IMG/VR virus record: IMGVR_UViG_3300032053_000046
Length of the DNA: 20,000 nucleotides
Strand: one strand, 5' to 3'
From: an uncultured virus (IMG/VR IMGVR_UViG_3300032053_000046)
Lineage: Duplodnaviria; Heunggongvirae; Uroviricota; Caudoviricetes
Part shown: piece by piece, positions 7,138-15,373 of the stretch
How the letters are laid out: the number at the start of each line of letters is the position of its first letter
Numbering within the stretch: the first letter of the stretch is position 1
Translations under genes and position numbers: made by a program
The notes under the pieces: model-generated
Told to the model about the DNA's origin: nothing
Seen by the model: only the letters and a program-made list of their open reading frames with translations
The model's database searches: none

Positions 7138-7164
7138 GTTGTGTAGGTGTGATAGACTTTACCA

Positions 7165-7353
7165 ATGAACGACTCCCCTGATTTTGTTGTTGAAAACTCT
7201 GAGACTTCTCTTGACCTTTCTTCAAAGGCATTAGACAAGAGACGGGAAATTGCTATTGACATTGTGAGACTTCTCATGGATAATCTATATAAGATGTCAA
7301 TGGTGAGTCTTTTGGTCGTGTATAGAGAACTTAAAGGGAGGGTAGATGGGTGA
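7165..7353 (+). CDS. hypothetical protein (62 aa)
   Basis: ORF overlaps the start of the next gene; weak RBS. Confidence 0.55.
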   Translation: MNDSPDFVVENSETSLDLSSKALDKRREIAIDIVRLLMDNLYKMSMVSLLVVYRELKGRVDG

Positions 7354-8173
7354 CGGTCTTACAGACGCAAGAGTCCATAGGGATAATCCTACTATCGGGT
7401 TGACTTTCAAGGAGCAGACAGGTTGTGGGTCATCTTTTTTCTCTATCAAGTTTAATTGGCATGATAAGGTGAAGCTGGTCGAAGTGTTTTGTGGGTCATC
7501 TTCTAAGGGCGGGTGTTCTTCAAATACAAAAATGACGGGGCGGCTTGTCTCTCTCGCTTTACAAAACAATGTCCCTATTGAGGAGATTTTGGATCAGCTT
7601 GAGTCTGAGATATGTCCTACGGCTCGGTATCGTGCAGGGCGTGATGAGGGGTTTAAGAAAACTGGAAATAGTTCTTGTAGTAAGGCACTTGCATCTGCGA
7701 TACGAAAGACTTTACAAGCGCAAAAGTTTTTTGAGGATCATCAAGATGAGTTGAGGGCGATTTTTTCATCCGTAGATGATTTGCGAGGTAAGACCGTAGA
7801 ACTTGCGAAGGATAGGATCGAAAAATCAAGATTGTCTGAGATTTTTGAGAAATCAGAACCGTTTGATGTGTTGCCAGAGGATCTTCTGGTGGATCTTCCA
7901 GCGGACATGAGTGTGGTCAAAGACAATGTTGCTGGAGTGAAAAGTTTTGAAATAAGTGACATTCCTGTAGGATCTCCTTTGTTGGAACCTATTCGGTTGA
8001 GTCAGGCGAAGGAGAGAGCAAAGTTTTTTACGGCTGGTGTGCCCTACGTTGGTGATGAGGGCAAGGGTGAGGATTACTGGATACAGCGGGGGTTATGCCC
8101 TGAGTGTCGGGCTGCGTTGGGGCATGAGGAGGGGTGTGTGATCTGTAGGCGGTGCTCGTTCTCCAAGTGCTGA
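7346..8173 (+). CDS. TSCPD-domain protein (class II ribonucleotide reductase C-terminal/NrdJb-like) with terminal zinc ribbon
   Basis: TGCG, EVF...SKGGC, GRLVSLAL..VPIEEILDQL...CP and SSC..ALA motifs; C-terminal CPEC...EEGCVICRRCSFSKC as in NrdJ tails. Confidence 0.85.
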   Translation: MGDGLTDARVHRDNPTIGLTFKEQTGCGSSFFSIKFNWHDKVKLVEVFCGSSSKGGCSSNTKMTGRLVSLALQNNVPIEEILDQLESEICPTARYRAGRDEGFKKTGNSSCSKALASAIRKTLQAQKFFEDHQDELRAIFSSVDDLRGKTVELAKDRIEKSRLSEIFEKSEPFDVLPEDLLVDLPADMSVVKDNVAGVKSFEISDIPVGSPLLEPIRLSQAKERAKFFTAGVPYVGDEGKGEDYWIQRGLCPECRAALGHEEGCVICRRCSFSKC

Positions 8174-8209
8174 AAAATGTCGAGTTGAAAACAAGGTGAT
8201 TTGAAAGTT

Positions 8210-8240
8210 GGCTGGAGTTGAAATGCTCTGGCCTTTTTTA
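8210..8240 (+). terminator. intrinsic terminator
   Basis: GGCTGGAGT/GCTCTGGCC hairpin followed by TTTTTT. Confidence 0.7.
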
Positions 8241-8252
8241 TTTCGTTTATTC

Positions 8253-8341
8253 TCAATCACTTACAGAGGTCAAAAGTTTTTGAAGATTTCTATTGACAAG
8301 CATCCAAATAAGGTGTATATTAAAGGTGTAAAAGAGACAGG
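8253..8341 (+). repeat. 89-bp direct repeat copy 2 (promoter cassette)
   Basis: 84/89 identical to 1357-1445. Confidence 0.95.
8293..8321 (+). promoter_or_regulatory. sigma70-type promoter TTGACA-17-TATATT
   Basis: Identical to the promoter at 1397-1425. Confidence 0.85.
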
Positions 8342-8380
8342 TGATGAGAGAAAGAGAAACAAGAACTAAGGAGGTAGAGA

Positions 8381-8653
8381 ATGAATCTCAGAGCAAGTAC
8401 AGTACAGGCGATTGGTGAAAAGGTGACAACGGTATGTGAGTTGGGTGGTGTTGGGCTTGGGTATATACTCCCAGAATCTTGTTGGGAGGATGGTAAGGTG
8501 CCAGTTGAGAATCTGGCGTTTCAGTCTGGTGGTAATGGATTCTACTATCCTAAAAAGTTCAAACAAGTTCTTCGGGATGGTGGGCAAGGTTACAAAGATG
8601 TTGTCAATCGGTTGGTTTCTGGTGGTGGTGTTTCTCGTGCTTATTCTCTTTAA
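8381..8653 (+). CDS. hypothetical protein (90 aa)
   Basis: Perfect TAAGGAGGT RBS downstream of the promoter. Confidence 0.75.
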   Translation: MNLRASTVQAIGEKVTTVCELGGVGLGYILPESCWEDGKVPVENLAFQSGGNGFYYPKKFKQVLRDGGQGYKDVVNRLVSGGGVSRAYSL

Positions 8654-8696
8654 GTGTGGTTGTAAGAAATGCTCACCATTTATTAAGGAGTTGTGA

Positions 8697-8924
8697 ATGA
8701 ACAAATATTGTGAACATGTTTTTACTAACGAGAGTGACAGCGAAATGTGTTGTTTGTCTGGTGAAGTATGCCCTCATTTTTTTAAGGACATTGCCAGTAA
8801 TTGTTGCGAAAAACGCGCCGCATATAAGGGGAGTCACGGGCAACAGTCAGGTGGGATAGATTCTTCACGTCCCGGCGTTCTTGAAACGCATTTTCCCGTA
8901 ATAGGGCAGGATGTTTCTTTATAG
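8697..8924 (+). CDS. Cys-rich hypothetical protein (75 aa)
   Basis: TAAGGAG RBS; six Cys. Confidence 0.7.
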   Translation: MNKYCEHVFTNESDSEMCCLSGEVCPHFFKDIASNCCEKRAAYKGSHGQQSGGIDSSRPGVLETHFPVIGQDVSL

Positions 8925-8934
8925 GAGGTAGATA

Positions 8935-9405
8935 ATGAGTCTCGTCAAGATCATTGATGTGTCTGCTGTGATTCGGGAGTTGCTGAATGCTGGTGGGGAT
9001 CACGTTACTCCTCGCCCTAAAACTCCTGATATGCGGGCTTTGATTGTTGGGAAGGAGCGGTTTATTCTTTCTAATGATGAGGCAGTGCATGAGGTTCGAT
9101 CCCGTAGGTCTTCCATGTTTTTAGATTTGGAAGAGGAAGACGGGGTTGCCCTTTTCAATGGTGTTATTGTTCGGAGTTCGGGAAGGGTTGAGGTTCCTGC
9201 TGAGGAATTTTTGCGAGTCTGTCTGGAGGTTTTTTCTGAGGAGTTTGTTGGGGGAGAGTTGGGTGAGTGGGTTCGTCGGTTTGGTTCACGGATTGAGAAT
9301 AACTATGAGGTTCTTCTGGACTCCATAAAAACTCACCTTAGCCTTGACCCAAAAGATTACCCTCGCGGGGTGATCAAGGATGGGGTGTGGTCTGAGTGGG
9401 CATGA
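8935..9405 (+). CDS. hypothetical protein (156 aa)
   Basis: AGGAGGT RBS. Confidence 0.8.
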   Translation: MSLVKIIDVSAVIRELLNAGGDHVTPRPKTPDMRALIVGKERFILSNDEAVHEVRSRRSSMFLDLEEEDGVALFNGVIVRSSGRVEVPAEEFLRVCLEVFSEEFVGGELGEWVRRFGSRIENNYEVLLDSIKTHLSLDPKDYPRGVIKDGVWSEWA

Positions 9406-9662
9406 AACAATACCACTACATTATCTGCTGTGTTGATTCAACTGCTGAGAAGATTCACAGGATGGTGGATCGGGCACGGTCTATTACCTATGAAACTTTT
9501 CGGAAGTATGTAGATACCGGGGAGATTAACCGGCAGTTTGGGTATGGCCGGGAGTGGCTTGTTTTGAAGAATGACTATCATGTATCTTATCACAAGAGTT
9601 TTTACGATGGCGCGCCTTGTGTTTACATGGTACATTCTGCAATAGAGTATATTTATGGATAG
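9402..9662 (+). CDS. hypothetical phage protein (86 aa)
   Basis: ATGA overlap at 9402; DYHVSYHKS...PC.YMVHSAIEY motif. Confidence 0.75.
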   Translation: MKQYHYIICCVDSTAEKIHRMVDRARSITYETFRKYVDTGEINRQFGYGREWLVLKNDYHVSYHKSFYDGAPCVYMVHSAIEYIYG

Positions 9663-9674
9663 GGGAAGCGGTTT

Positions 9675-9917
9675 ATGAATATGAGGAGGTATGAGCATAT
9701 TTTGACGGGTCATGTGCAAGAGGGTGATCTTTTGGTATGGCCAGATCGTGGTGTTGTTGAGCTTGCTCTTGGGATGATTGGGCTTAACATTTACGATCCT
9801 GATACGGTGATTGTTCTTCGGCCAAAGTGCTCTTGTCGTGTTCCTAAAATCCCTGTCGGGTTTACTTCAATGGAAAAAGAAAAGATTCGATGTTGTTCTT
9901 GTGGAGGTAGTCTATGA
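9675..9917 (+). CDS. hypothetical protein with C-terminal Cys cluster (80 aa)
   Basis: CSC...CCSC; ATGA overlap with the next gene. Confidence 0.7.
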   Translation: MNMRRYEHILTGHVQEGDLLVWPDRGVVELALGMIGLNIYDPDTVIVLRPKCSCRVPKIPVGFTSMEKEKIRCCSCGGSL

Positions 9918-10255
9918 GCTTTGAACATCGACAAATGACCGATGATGAGGCACAGACCTTTCTTTCTCTTTTGTTGATCAACGAGAAAGATCCAACGGCT
10001 TTTCAGCTACCTTTGTTTGAAAAATCTGCGCTACTTGCTTTAGAGCTTTTTGCACAAGGTAATCCCGGTCGTGCTGTGTTGTCCCTGATTGATACGATGG
10101 AGGCATACGAAAAGTACCTTCCTGAGAAGATAGACATATCTTTTATTTCAACTTTTGTTTATCCTGACGGTCCATACTCTCAGGTGGGGTTTGAGACTGT
10201 GTGGGAGGATAGGAAGAATGGCACCAAGGTTTGTGGGTACAATCGGATGATATAA
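9914..10255 (+). CDS. hypothetical protein (113 aa)
   Basis: GGAGGT RBS, coupled start. Confidence 0.75.
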   Translation: MSFEHRQMTDDEAQTFLSLLLINEKDPTAFQLPLFEKSALLALELFAQGNPGRAVLSLIDTMEAYEKYLPEKIDISFISTFVYPDGPYSQVGFETVWEDRKNGTKVCGYNRMI

Positions 10256-10265
10256 GGGAGGTTTT

Positions 10266-10598
10266 ATGGCGAACTGGCAGTATACTCTTGACATTGAGAA
10301 GACTTGGAAGAAGTCTAAGAACAAGGAAGTTGCGTTGTCTGTCTTGTCAAATGAGATTGCTGATAAGATGGAAGTTCTTCGCCCATCGTTGGCTATCAAG
10401 TTCAAAGAGGATTCAGGTATACTTTCTGAGCTTGATGATATTGTTTTTGATTTGCGCGATCTTGCCGGGTCAGAGGATAAGGATGACGTTGATATTTTTG
10501 ATGAAATTTTCAGTCGGGTCTACGATTGGGCAGACACCGAGATACTGCCGAAGCAGTGGCCCCCAAAGAAGCTGTGTTGGGTGAAGACGGATTTTTGA
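10266..10598 (+). CDS. acidic hypothetical phage protein (110 aa)
   Basis: GGGAGGT RBS; Asp/Glu-rich helix ending in YDWAD. Confidence 0.8.
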   Translation: MANWQYTLDIEKTWKKSKNKEVALSVLSNEIADKMEVLRPSLAIKFKEDSGILSELDDIVFDLRDLAGSEDKDDVDIFDEIFSRVYDWADTEILPKQWPPKKLCWVKTDF

Positions 10599-10667
10599 AA
10601 AAGCTACCTAATGTAACTTGTTGTTTTTCAACGGGTTACAGTCCTTAAAAGTTTTTGAATATTTCTA

Positions 10668-10696
10668 TTGACTTTTGTTTCGGCTTGTGTTATATT
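10668..10696 (+). promoter_or_regulatory. sigma70-type promoter TTGACT-17-(TGn)TATATT
   Basis: Shares upstream AAAAGTTTTTGAA.ATTTCTA with the repeats; preceded by the inverted repeat TGTAACTTGTTG/CAACGGGTTACA (10612-10640) containing IHF-like sites. Confidence 0.85.
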
Positions 10697-10792
10697 AAGA
10701 GTGTAGGGAAGATGAGAGTGAGGGAAGAGAGAAGAAGAGAAAGATGTGGGATGTAAGGACCAATAAACAATCATCTAAGAGGAGGTAGGGTT

Positions 10793-11767
10793 ATGTCAGC
10801 GAATGTGAACTCAATGTTTTCGGGCCAGGGAATCGTGCCGTGGCACAAAGAGGGGACAGTCGTGCAGGGGATGCTTACTGCTTCTGAGGCAATTCTTGCG
10901 GCGGGGCTGAATTGGGATGCCGTGAAGATGCCGTGTTTCCTCAAGGCTTCTGATGGTTCGTTCTCGGAGTCTCAGGAAAATTTCTTCATCAAGCGTTCTG
11001 ATGTGGCTGGTCTGGACGGGGTGATTGGTGCGGTTGGCAAGCAGTACCTCCCGCTGCAAAATCGTGAGGCTTTCAAGTTCTTTGATACCGTGATTGACAA
11101 AGGTGCGGCTGCTTACGATACAGCAGGTGCCCTTGGTCGCGGTGAGCGGATTTGGGTTCTGGCGAAACTGCCGGATCAGATCAAGGTTGGCGCAAACGAC
11201 ATCATTGACCAGTATCTTCTTCTGAGCAATTCGCATGATGGTACTTCGTCAATCACTGCCGCGCTGACTTCGGTGAGGGTCGTGTGTCAGAATACTTTGT
11301 CAATGGCCTTGGGCCGTGCTTCGCGGATCATCAAGGTGCGTCACACGAAGTCGATGGATGCCGGTTTGCAGGAAGGGTTGCGGGTGTTGGGTCTGGCAAA
11401 ACAGCAGTCGGTTCAGGCCGAAGATGCTTTCTCAAAGATGGCGAGGATTCAGGTTGATACCGGGATGCTGGCTTATTTCCTTGAGTACGTGATTCCGAGT
11501 GCGGGTGTGGGTGGGAATTCAACTCGCTCAATCAACGTGCGTGACACCATCAAGAGTCTTTTCGAGGGTGGTGCGAAGGGTGCGGACTTGCCTGAGTTCA
11601 AGGGAACTGCGTGGGGGCTGTACAACTCGGTAGTTGAGTACGTGGATTACTACCGGAGTATCAAGGGTTCGGCCCGGCTGGAGAACATCTGGTTTGGTTC
11701 GGGTGCGGCGATCAAGGAGAAGGCGTTTGGGCTGGCGGTCCAGCTTGACACCGTGCAGATTCCGTAG
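10793..11767 (+). CDS. DUF932 family phage/plasmid protein (TIGR03299-like)
   Basis: PWH..G, AGLNW, Y.PLQN.EAF.FFD, TAGAL..G..IW.LA, LLLSNSHDG, RVVCQNTL, RHT, GTAWGLYN.V.EY.D and WFG motifs. Confidence 0.9.
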   Translation: MSANVNSMFSGQGIVPWHKEGTVVQGMLTASEAILAAGLNWDAVKMPCFLKASDGSFSESQENFFIKRSDVAGLDGVIGAVGKQYLPLQNREAFKFFDTVIDKGAAAYDTAGALGRGERIWVLAKLPDQIKVGANDIIDQYLLLSNSHDGTSSITAALTSVRVVCQNTLSMALGRASRIIKVRHTKSMDAGLQEGLRVLGLAKQQSVQAEDAFSKMARIQVDTGMLAYFLEYVIPSAGVGGNSTRSINVRDTIKSLFEGGAKGADLPEFKGTAWGLYNSVVEYVDYYRSIKGSARLENIWFGSGAAIKEKAFGLAVQLDTVQIP

Positions 11768-11773
11768 GTTGGT

Positions 11774-11807
11774 GGGGAGGGGGCTGAAAAGCCTCCTCCT
11801 TCTTTTC
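11774..11807 (+). terminator. intrinsic terminator
   Basis: GGGGAGGGGGCT-GAAA-AGCCTCCTCCTT hairpin followed by CTTTTC. Confidence 0.75.
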
Positions 11808-11825
11808 AAGTTTTGTTCTTTGATT

Positions 11826-11843
11826 TGTGTGTGTGTGTGTGTG
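11826..11843. repeat. (TG)9 microsatellite
   Basis: Nine consecutive TG units, intergenic. Confidence 0.9.
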
Positions 11844-11897
11844 ACGCGGGGTTGTAAACCCCTCACTTGTGCTCACATAGAAAGTAGCAGATATACC

Positions 11898-12215
11898 ATG
11901 AGTGTTTCAGAAAAGGTAGTTCCCTTTCACGTTTTTCAGAACCATTGTGATGACCGGCATTTTTCGTATATGGGAGTGTCGGGGAAGTTCTTCGTGACGT
12001 GTAAGAAGGGTTATGACAAATGTAACTTTCGGGTTTGCCCTATTTGGAATTCGGATCAGGTGCAGGGTGTGCAGGATTTTTTGAGAAATGAGCAGGATCA
12101 AGAGCAGATCCTCGAAGAGGAGGAGACTGTACGGGAGGATTTGGGGATGTCCTTGCATGATGTTAATATGCGGCTTCGGCACAACGAGGCTATGCTAAGT
12201 GTGGATGATTCGTGA
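11898..12215 (+). CDS. hypothetical protein (105 aa)
   Basis: ATG 11898 chosen; the track's upstream extension runs through DUF932, the terminator and the microsatellite. Confidence 0.7.
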   Translation: MSVSEKVVPFHVFQNHCDDRHFSYMGVSGKFFVTCKKGYDKCNFRVCPIWNSDQVQGVQDFLRNEQDQEQILEEEETVREDLGMSLHDVNMRLRHNEAMLSVDDS

Positions 12216-12224
12216 GGAGCTTTT

Positions 12225-12452
12225 ATGAATAACCCAGAGCGTGTTTTTCAGCTTTGCGCAAGGTGTCTGGAGATGTACTCCCCGTGTCCTTCCCTGTTTG
12301 TCTATCAGGGCAAGCAAGTATGCCGTCTTCATGGGGAGTATGATTTCTACCCTCAAGTGACGGTTGCGTGTCGTGGTTGCGCGGAAGTTGGTGGTGTTTG
12401 CCAGAAGTGCGGGAAGCCAATTGAGAAGCCGGTTGAGAAAAAACAGGAGTAG
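12225..12452 (+). CDS. multi-CxxC zinc-binding protein (75 aa)
   Basis: GAGGAG RBS; CARC, CRLH, CRGC and CQKC. Confidence 0.75.
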   Translation: MNNPERVFQLCARCLEMYSPCPSLFVYQGKQVCRLHGEYDFYPQVTVACRGCAEVGGVCQKCGKPIEKPVEKKQE

Positions 12453-12457
12453 TTGTT

Positions 12458-12652
12458 ATGGATGTCAAGAAAGCCATAGAGCTTGCCAAGGTTTCTCTGG
12501 AGTTGGACAAGCCTTTTGTGTCCATTACACGAGAAGCGTTGACTGTTCTTGTGGAGGCTTCTAAGTTTCATCCTTCATATCGGTATACCGTGGATGATGT
12601 TGCTATTATTCATACGTTGGTAGATGGCCGTAAGGTAGTTTTACAAAGATAG
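12458..12652 (+). CDS. hypothetical protein (64 aa)
   Basis: AGGAG RBS. Confidence 0.7.
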   Translation: MDVKKAIELAKVSLELDKPFVSITREALTVLVEASKFHPSYRYTVDDVAIIHTLVDGRKVVLQR

Positions 12653-12702
12653 TTGTTAGCCCGGTTCTTGGCTTGGTTACTCAATCTTTTTTCAAAAACT
12701 TC

Positions 12703-12731
12703 TTGACTTTACAGTTTTCAAAGATTATATT
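12703..12731 (+). promoter_or_regulatory. sigma70-type promoter TTGACT-17-TATATT
   Basis: Same -35/-10 family; followed by GGAGGAG RBS and GTG at 12751. Confidence 0.75.
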
Positions 12732-12750
12732 CAAGAGGGAGGAGTCACAA

Positions 12751-12984
12751 GTGAGTATATTGAACGGGTTTAGCAAGGATGTTGAGCAGAGATTATGGAT
12801 TGAGCTTGCTATTCGGGGCAGGTTCGATCTGCTTGAGGTTTTATCTCAGGTCGAAAAGGGAGAGGTTAAGAAGCTCAGGGTTAAGCGCAAGTTGGTAGAC
12901 GATTTGATTTTGCACAACACGGTGATTAAGTACCTTGAAAAGCATGGTGTGACTGTTGTTCGGGAAGATATTGTGAAGGGCTGA
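12751..12984 (+). CDS. hypothetical protein (77 aa)
   Basis: GTG start after GGAGGAG; the track start at 12673 lies upstream of the promoter. Confidence 0.7.
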   Translation: MSILNGFSKDVEQRLWIELAIRGRFDLLEVLSQVEKGEVKKLRVKRKLVDDLILHNTVIKYLEKHGVTVVREDIVKG

Positions 12985-12989
12985 TTGAT

Positions 12990-13385
12990 ATGCCGTCTTG
13001 TTTCATCTGCCATAAGAGTATTGTACAAGATGGTACGCGGTTGTATCTGGACACCGTAGGGCCGCTCACACACGGGGAGTCTGTCTGTGTGGGTTGTGCG
13101 AATCGTGAGGCTCTGAGGAGAAAAGTGGAGCGTTACCGGAAGGTTATAGAGGGTTTTGCTGCATTGGTCAGTAAGACCCCTTTTGATTTTGAGGGGCTGG
13201 ATTCAGAGGCAGTAGCAGAGATTTTTGTAGAGCAGCATAGGTCTAATCAACATGAGATGGTGTTCTTTTTGAAAAAACTTATTGCAAAGCTCGGTGATAG
13301 GGCCGGGAACTCTTGTTATGAGGATGTTCGGAATCAGTGGGCGTTGAATTGGTGTCAGCGGGTGTCGAAGATTAGTGATGTCTAA
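12990..13385 (+). CDS. hypothetical protein with N-terminal zinc finger (131 aa)
   Basis: CFIC...CVGC followed by a helical region. Confidence 0.75.
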   Translation: MPSCFICHKSIVQDGTRLYLDTVGPLTHGESVCVGCANREALRRKVERYRKVIEGFAALVSKTPFDFEGLDSEAVAEIFVEQHRSNQHEMVFFLKKLIAKLGDRAGNSCYEDVRNQWALNWCQRVSKISDV

Positions 13386-13394
13386 GGGGATCTC

Positions 13395-14708
13395 ATGGGT
13401 ATTGGAATAAGAACAATTGCTGATTTAGACAGAGAGTGCCGTCAGTACGGGCTTTTTGTTGAGCCTACACGGAATAGTAAGACAGGTGGAAAGAAGTGCT
13501 CAAAGGATGACTATATTCTAGCACTTCGTAATTATCATCTCAAATTGAGGTATCCTGACGGGCGTATTCCAAAGCATTTACAGATGGTAATGAGGCTGGA
13601 AAGTCCAATGTTGGCTAATCGTTTTAACGCGGCTGCTCCTGATGTGCAGGCTGCGATATGGGACTCTGATGAGTGGGGATTTCAGGAGAAGATGGACGGA
13701 GTTCGTTTATTGCGCGTGTTTGTGCGTGGGGAAGGTCTTCATTTTTATTCAAGAGGTATTTCAGTTCGTGATTATCTGCCGATAGAATACAAAAACATCT
13801 ATCAACCGAATCTTAATCTCGAAGAGTTGTCTTGTCAGTTTGATGAGTACATGGCAGACTCAGAGTTAGTTTGTACGAATCCAAATATCAGCACTGTTAT
13901 GAGGTCAAGGGGTGTCTCGGATACGGAGACTCAGTTGAGTGCTGTAACTGCGTTGCTTGGTCTTAACGATGCTGACTCTATCTCAATTCAGAAAAACGAA
14001 GGTTGTCCACTGAAGTTTTTTGCTTTTGACGTTATGAATTTTAATGGGTCATGGTTGATTGAGGGTGGAAACCGGCAGCTTACACAGATCGAGCGAGAGA
14101 AAGTCACAAGGATTGTTTGTACTGTGGAAAAGGCTGCGGGGCTTAACGTAGAGTTTCTTGAGACGGTTTACGATAAGGTAGGCAAGAAGGATTTTTACGA
14201 AAAGATTATTGCGGCCAAGGGTGAGGGAGTGATTGCAAAGCACGTTAAAGCTCTGTACTTGGCACAAGAGAGTCGTGCTCGCTGTAAGTGGATTAAGATT
14301 AAGCGGACTGTCTCAGGGTCACTTACGGACACTTCGCTAAATGACACGATGGATGCATTTGTAAGCGGGTGGGAACCGGGAGATAAGGGTAAAGCCTACG
14401 AGAACTTGGTAGGGACACTGAAGTTCTCTGTGTGGTTGGTTAAGCCTAACGGGGAACGTGTGCAACATGAGATAGGTAATATCTCTGGACTTGCTTTGGA
14501 TTTCCGAAAATCAATAACAGTTGTAGACGAGCAAGGTCTTCCTCATCTTGACCCGTCATTTATGGGTAAGGTCGCGGAGATTGACGGACAGAATATTTCG
14601 TCAAAGGCTTTGCGGATACGCCATTGTAGATTGATTCGGTGGAGGGATGATAAGAACTTGGATCAGTGTGAGGTTTATGAGGCTATGTTGAAAGATATGG
14701 TGTTCTAA
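13395..14708 (+). CDS. ATP-dependent DNA ligase (phage type)
   Basis: Motif I EKMDGVR, III DSEL, IIIa FAFDV, IV EGVIAK, V WIKIK; OB-fold with motif VI R.RDDK. Confidence 0.92.
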   Translation: MGIGIRTIADLDRECRQYGLFVEPTRNSKTGGKKCSKDDYILALRNYHLKLRYPDGRIPKHLQMVMRLESPMLANRFNAAAPDVQAAIWDSDEWGFQEKMDGVRLLRVFVRGEGLHFYSRGISVRDYLPIEYKNIYQPNLNLEELSCQFDEYMADSELVCTNPNISTVMRSRGVSDTETQLSAVTALLGLNDADSISIQKNEGCPLKFFAFDVMNFNGSWLIEGGNRQLTQIEREKVTRIVCTVEKAAGLNVEFLETVYDKVGKKDFYEKIIAAKGEGVIAKHVKALYLAQESRARCKWIKIKRTVSGSLTDTSLNDTMDAFVSGWEPGDKGKAYENLVGTLKFSVWLVKPNGERVQHEIGNISGLALDFRKSITVVDEQGLPHLDPSFMGKVAEIDGQNISSKALRIRHCRLIRWRDDKNLDQCEVYEAMLKDMVF

Positions 14709-14738
14709 GTAATATTTTTAATAAACAGGAGGTGTGTT

Positions 14739-15365
14739 ATGTGTAAGGTTCTTGGTAAGGTTCTTGGAATTGTTGCGTTGTTTTGTGGGTTGTCTTTTGG
14801 TCAGAGGCAGATAGATTTTGAAGGGGATTTCTTTTTTCTTTCGTATGGTGGGGCTGAAAATACCTGTGGTCTTGGGTGTGGTTATAACAGGATGTATCCT
14901 ACGGGAGGGTGTGCTTTTTTGACTCATCAAGCTCATTGGAATTATCAGGCAGATCCTTCAGTTGGTCAATCGGTGAATTGGAGATTTGTGTTGTTACATG
15001 ATGGGGATTCTATAAGTCAGATAAGGGTCAATAAAGGAGGTGCTGAATTGGATAGGATGCATTTGAGTAGTGATTTTAGCAAGGGAGATACAGTTTGGAT
15101 AGTTTTTACTATAAATGTGAATATGTTACCGGATACTGGATATGCAATTAAGTTCTATGATTTTCGTAGGGGTACGGTCATAATCTCTAAGACTTTTAGA
15201 GTACGGGAGTGGGGAACATCTGCTACTGTTAGAAATACTTTACAATGTAGAAATATAACACATACTTCTGGTGTTGTGAAGTATTCTTTGAGTGGTCGTG
15301 TTGTGCCTACTGTAAAGGGGTTAGTTGTAAAGGGTAGCTTGGTGACGTTTCGGCGCGGGAAGTAG
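14739..15365 (+). CDS. secreted beta-rich protein with signal peptide and T9SS-CTD-like tail
   Basis: AGGAGG RBS; N-terminal signal peptide ending SFG|Q; C-terminal KYSLSGRVV...KGLVVKG. Confidence 0.65.
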   Translation: MCKVLGKVLGIVALFCGLSFGQRQIDFEGDFFFLSYGGAENTCGLGCGYNRMYPTGGCAFLTHQAHWNYQADPSVGQSVNWRFVLLHDGDSISQIRVNKGGAELDRMHLSSDFSKGDTVWIVFTINVNMLPDTGYAIKFYDFRRGTVIISKTFRVREWGTSATVRNTLQCRNITHTSGVVKYSLSGRVVPTVKGLVVKGSLVTFRRGK

Positions 15366-15373
15366 TGTGAGTT

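Noticed and set aside
8436..8696. Alternative-frame ORF with hydrophobic stretches
   Set aside because: Overlaps 8381-8653, which has the perfect RBS; the hydrophobicity follows from G/T-rich sequence.
11634..11897. N-terminal extension of the 193-aa ORF
   Set aside because: Overlaps DUF932 and crosses a terminator and the TG repeat; ATG 11898 is more plausible.
12673..12750. N-terminal extension of the 103-aa ORF
   Set aside because: Spans a consensus promoter; the strong RBS points to GTG 12751.
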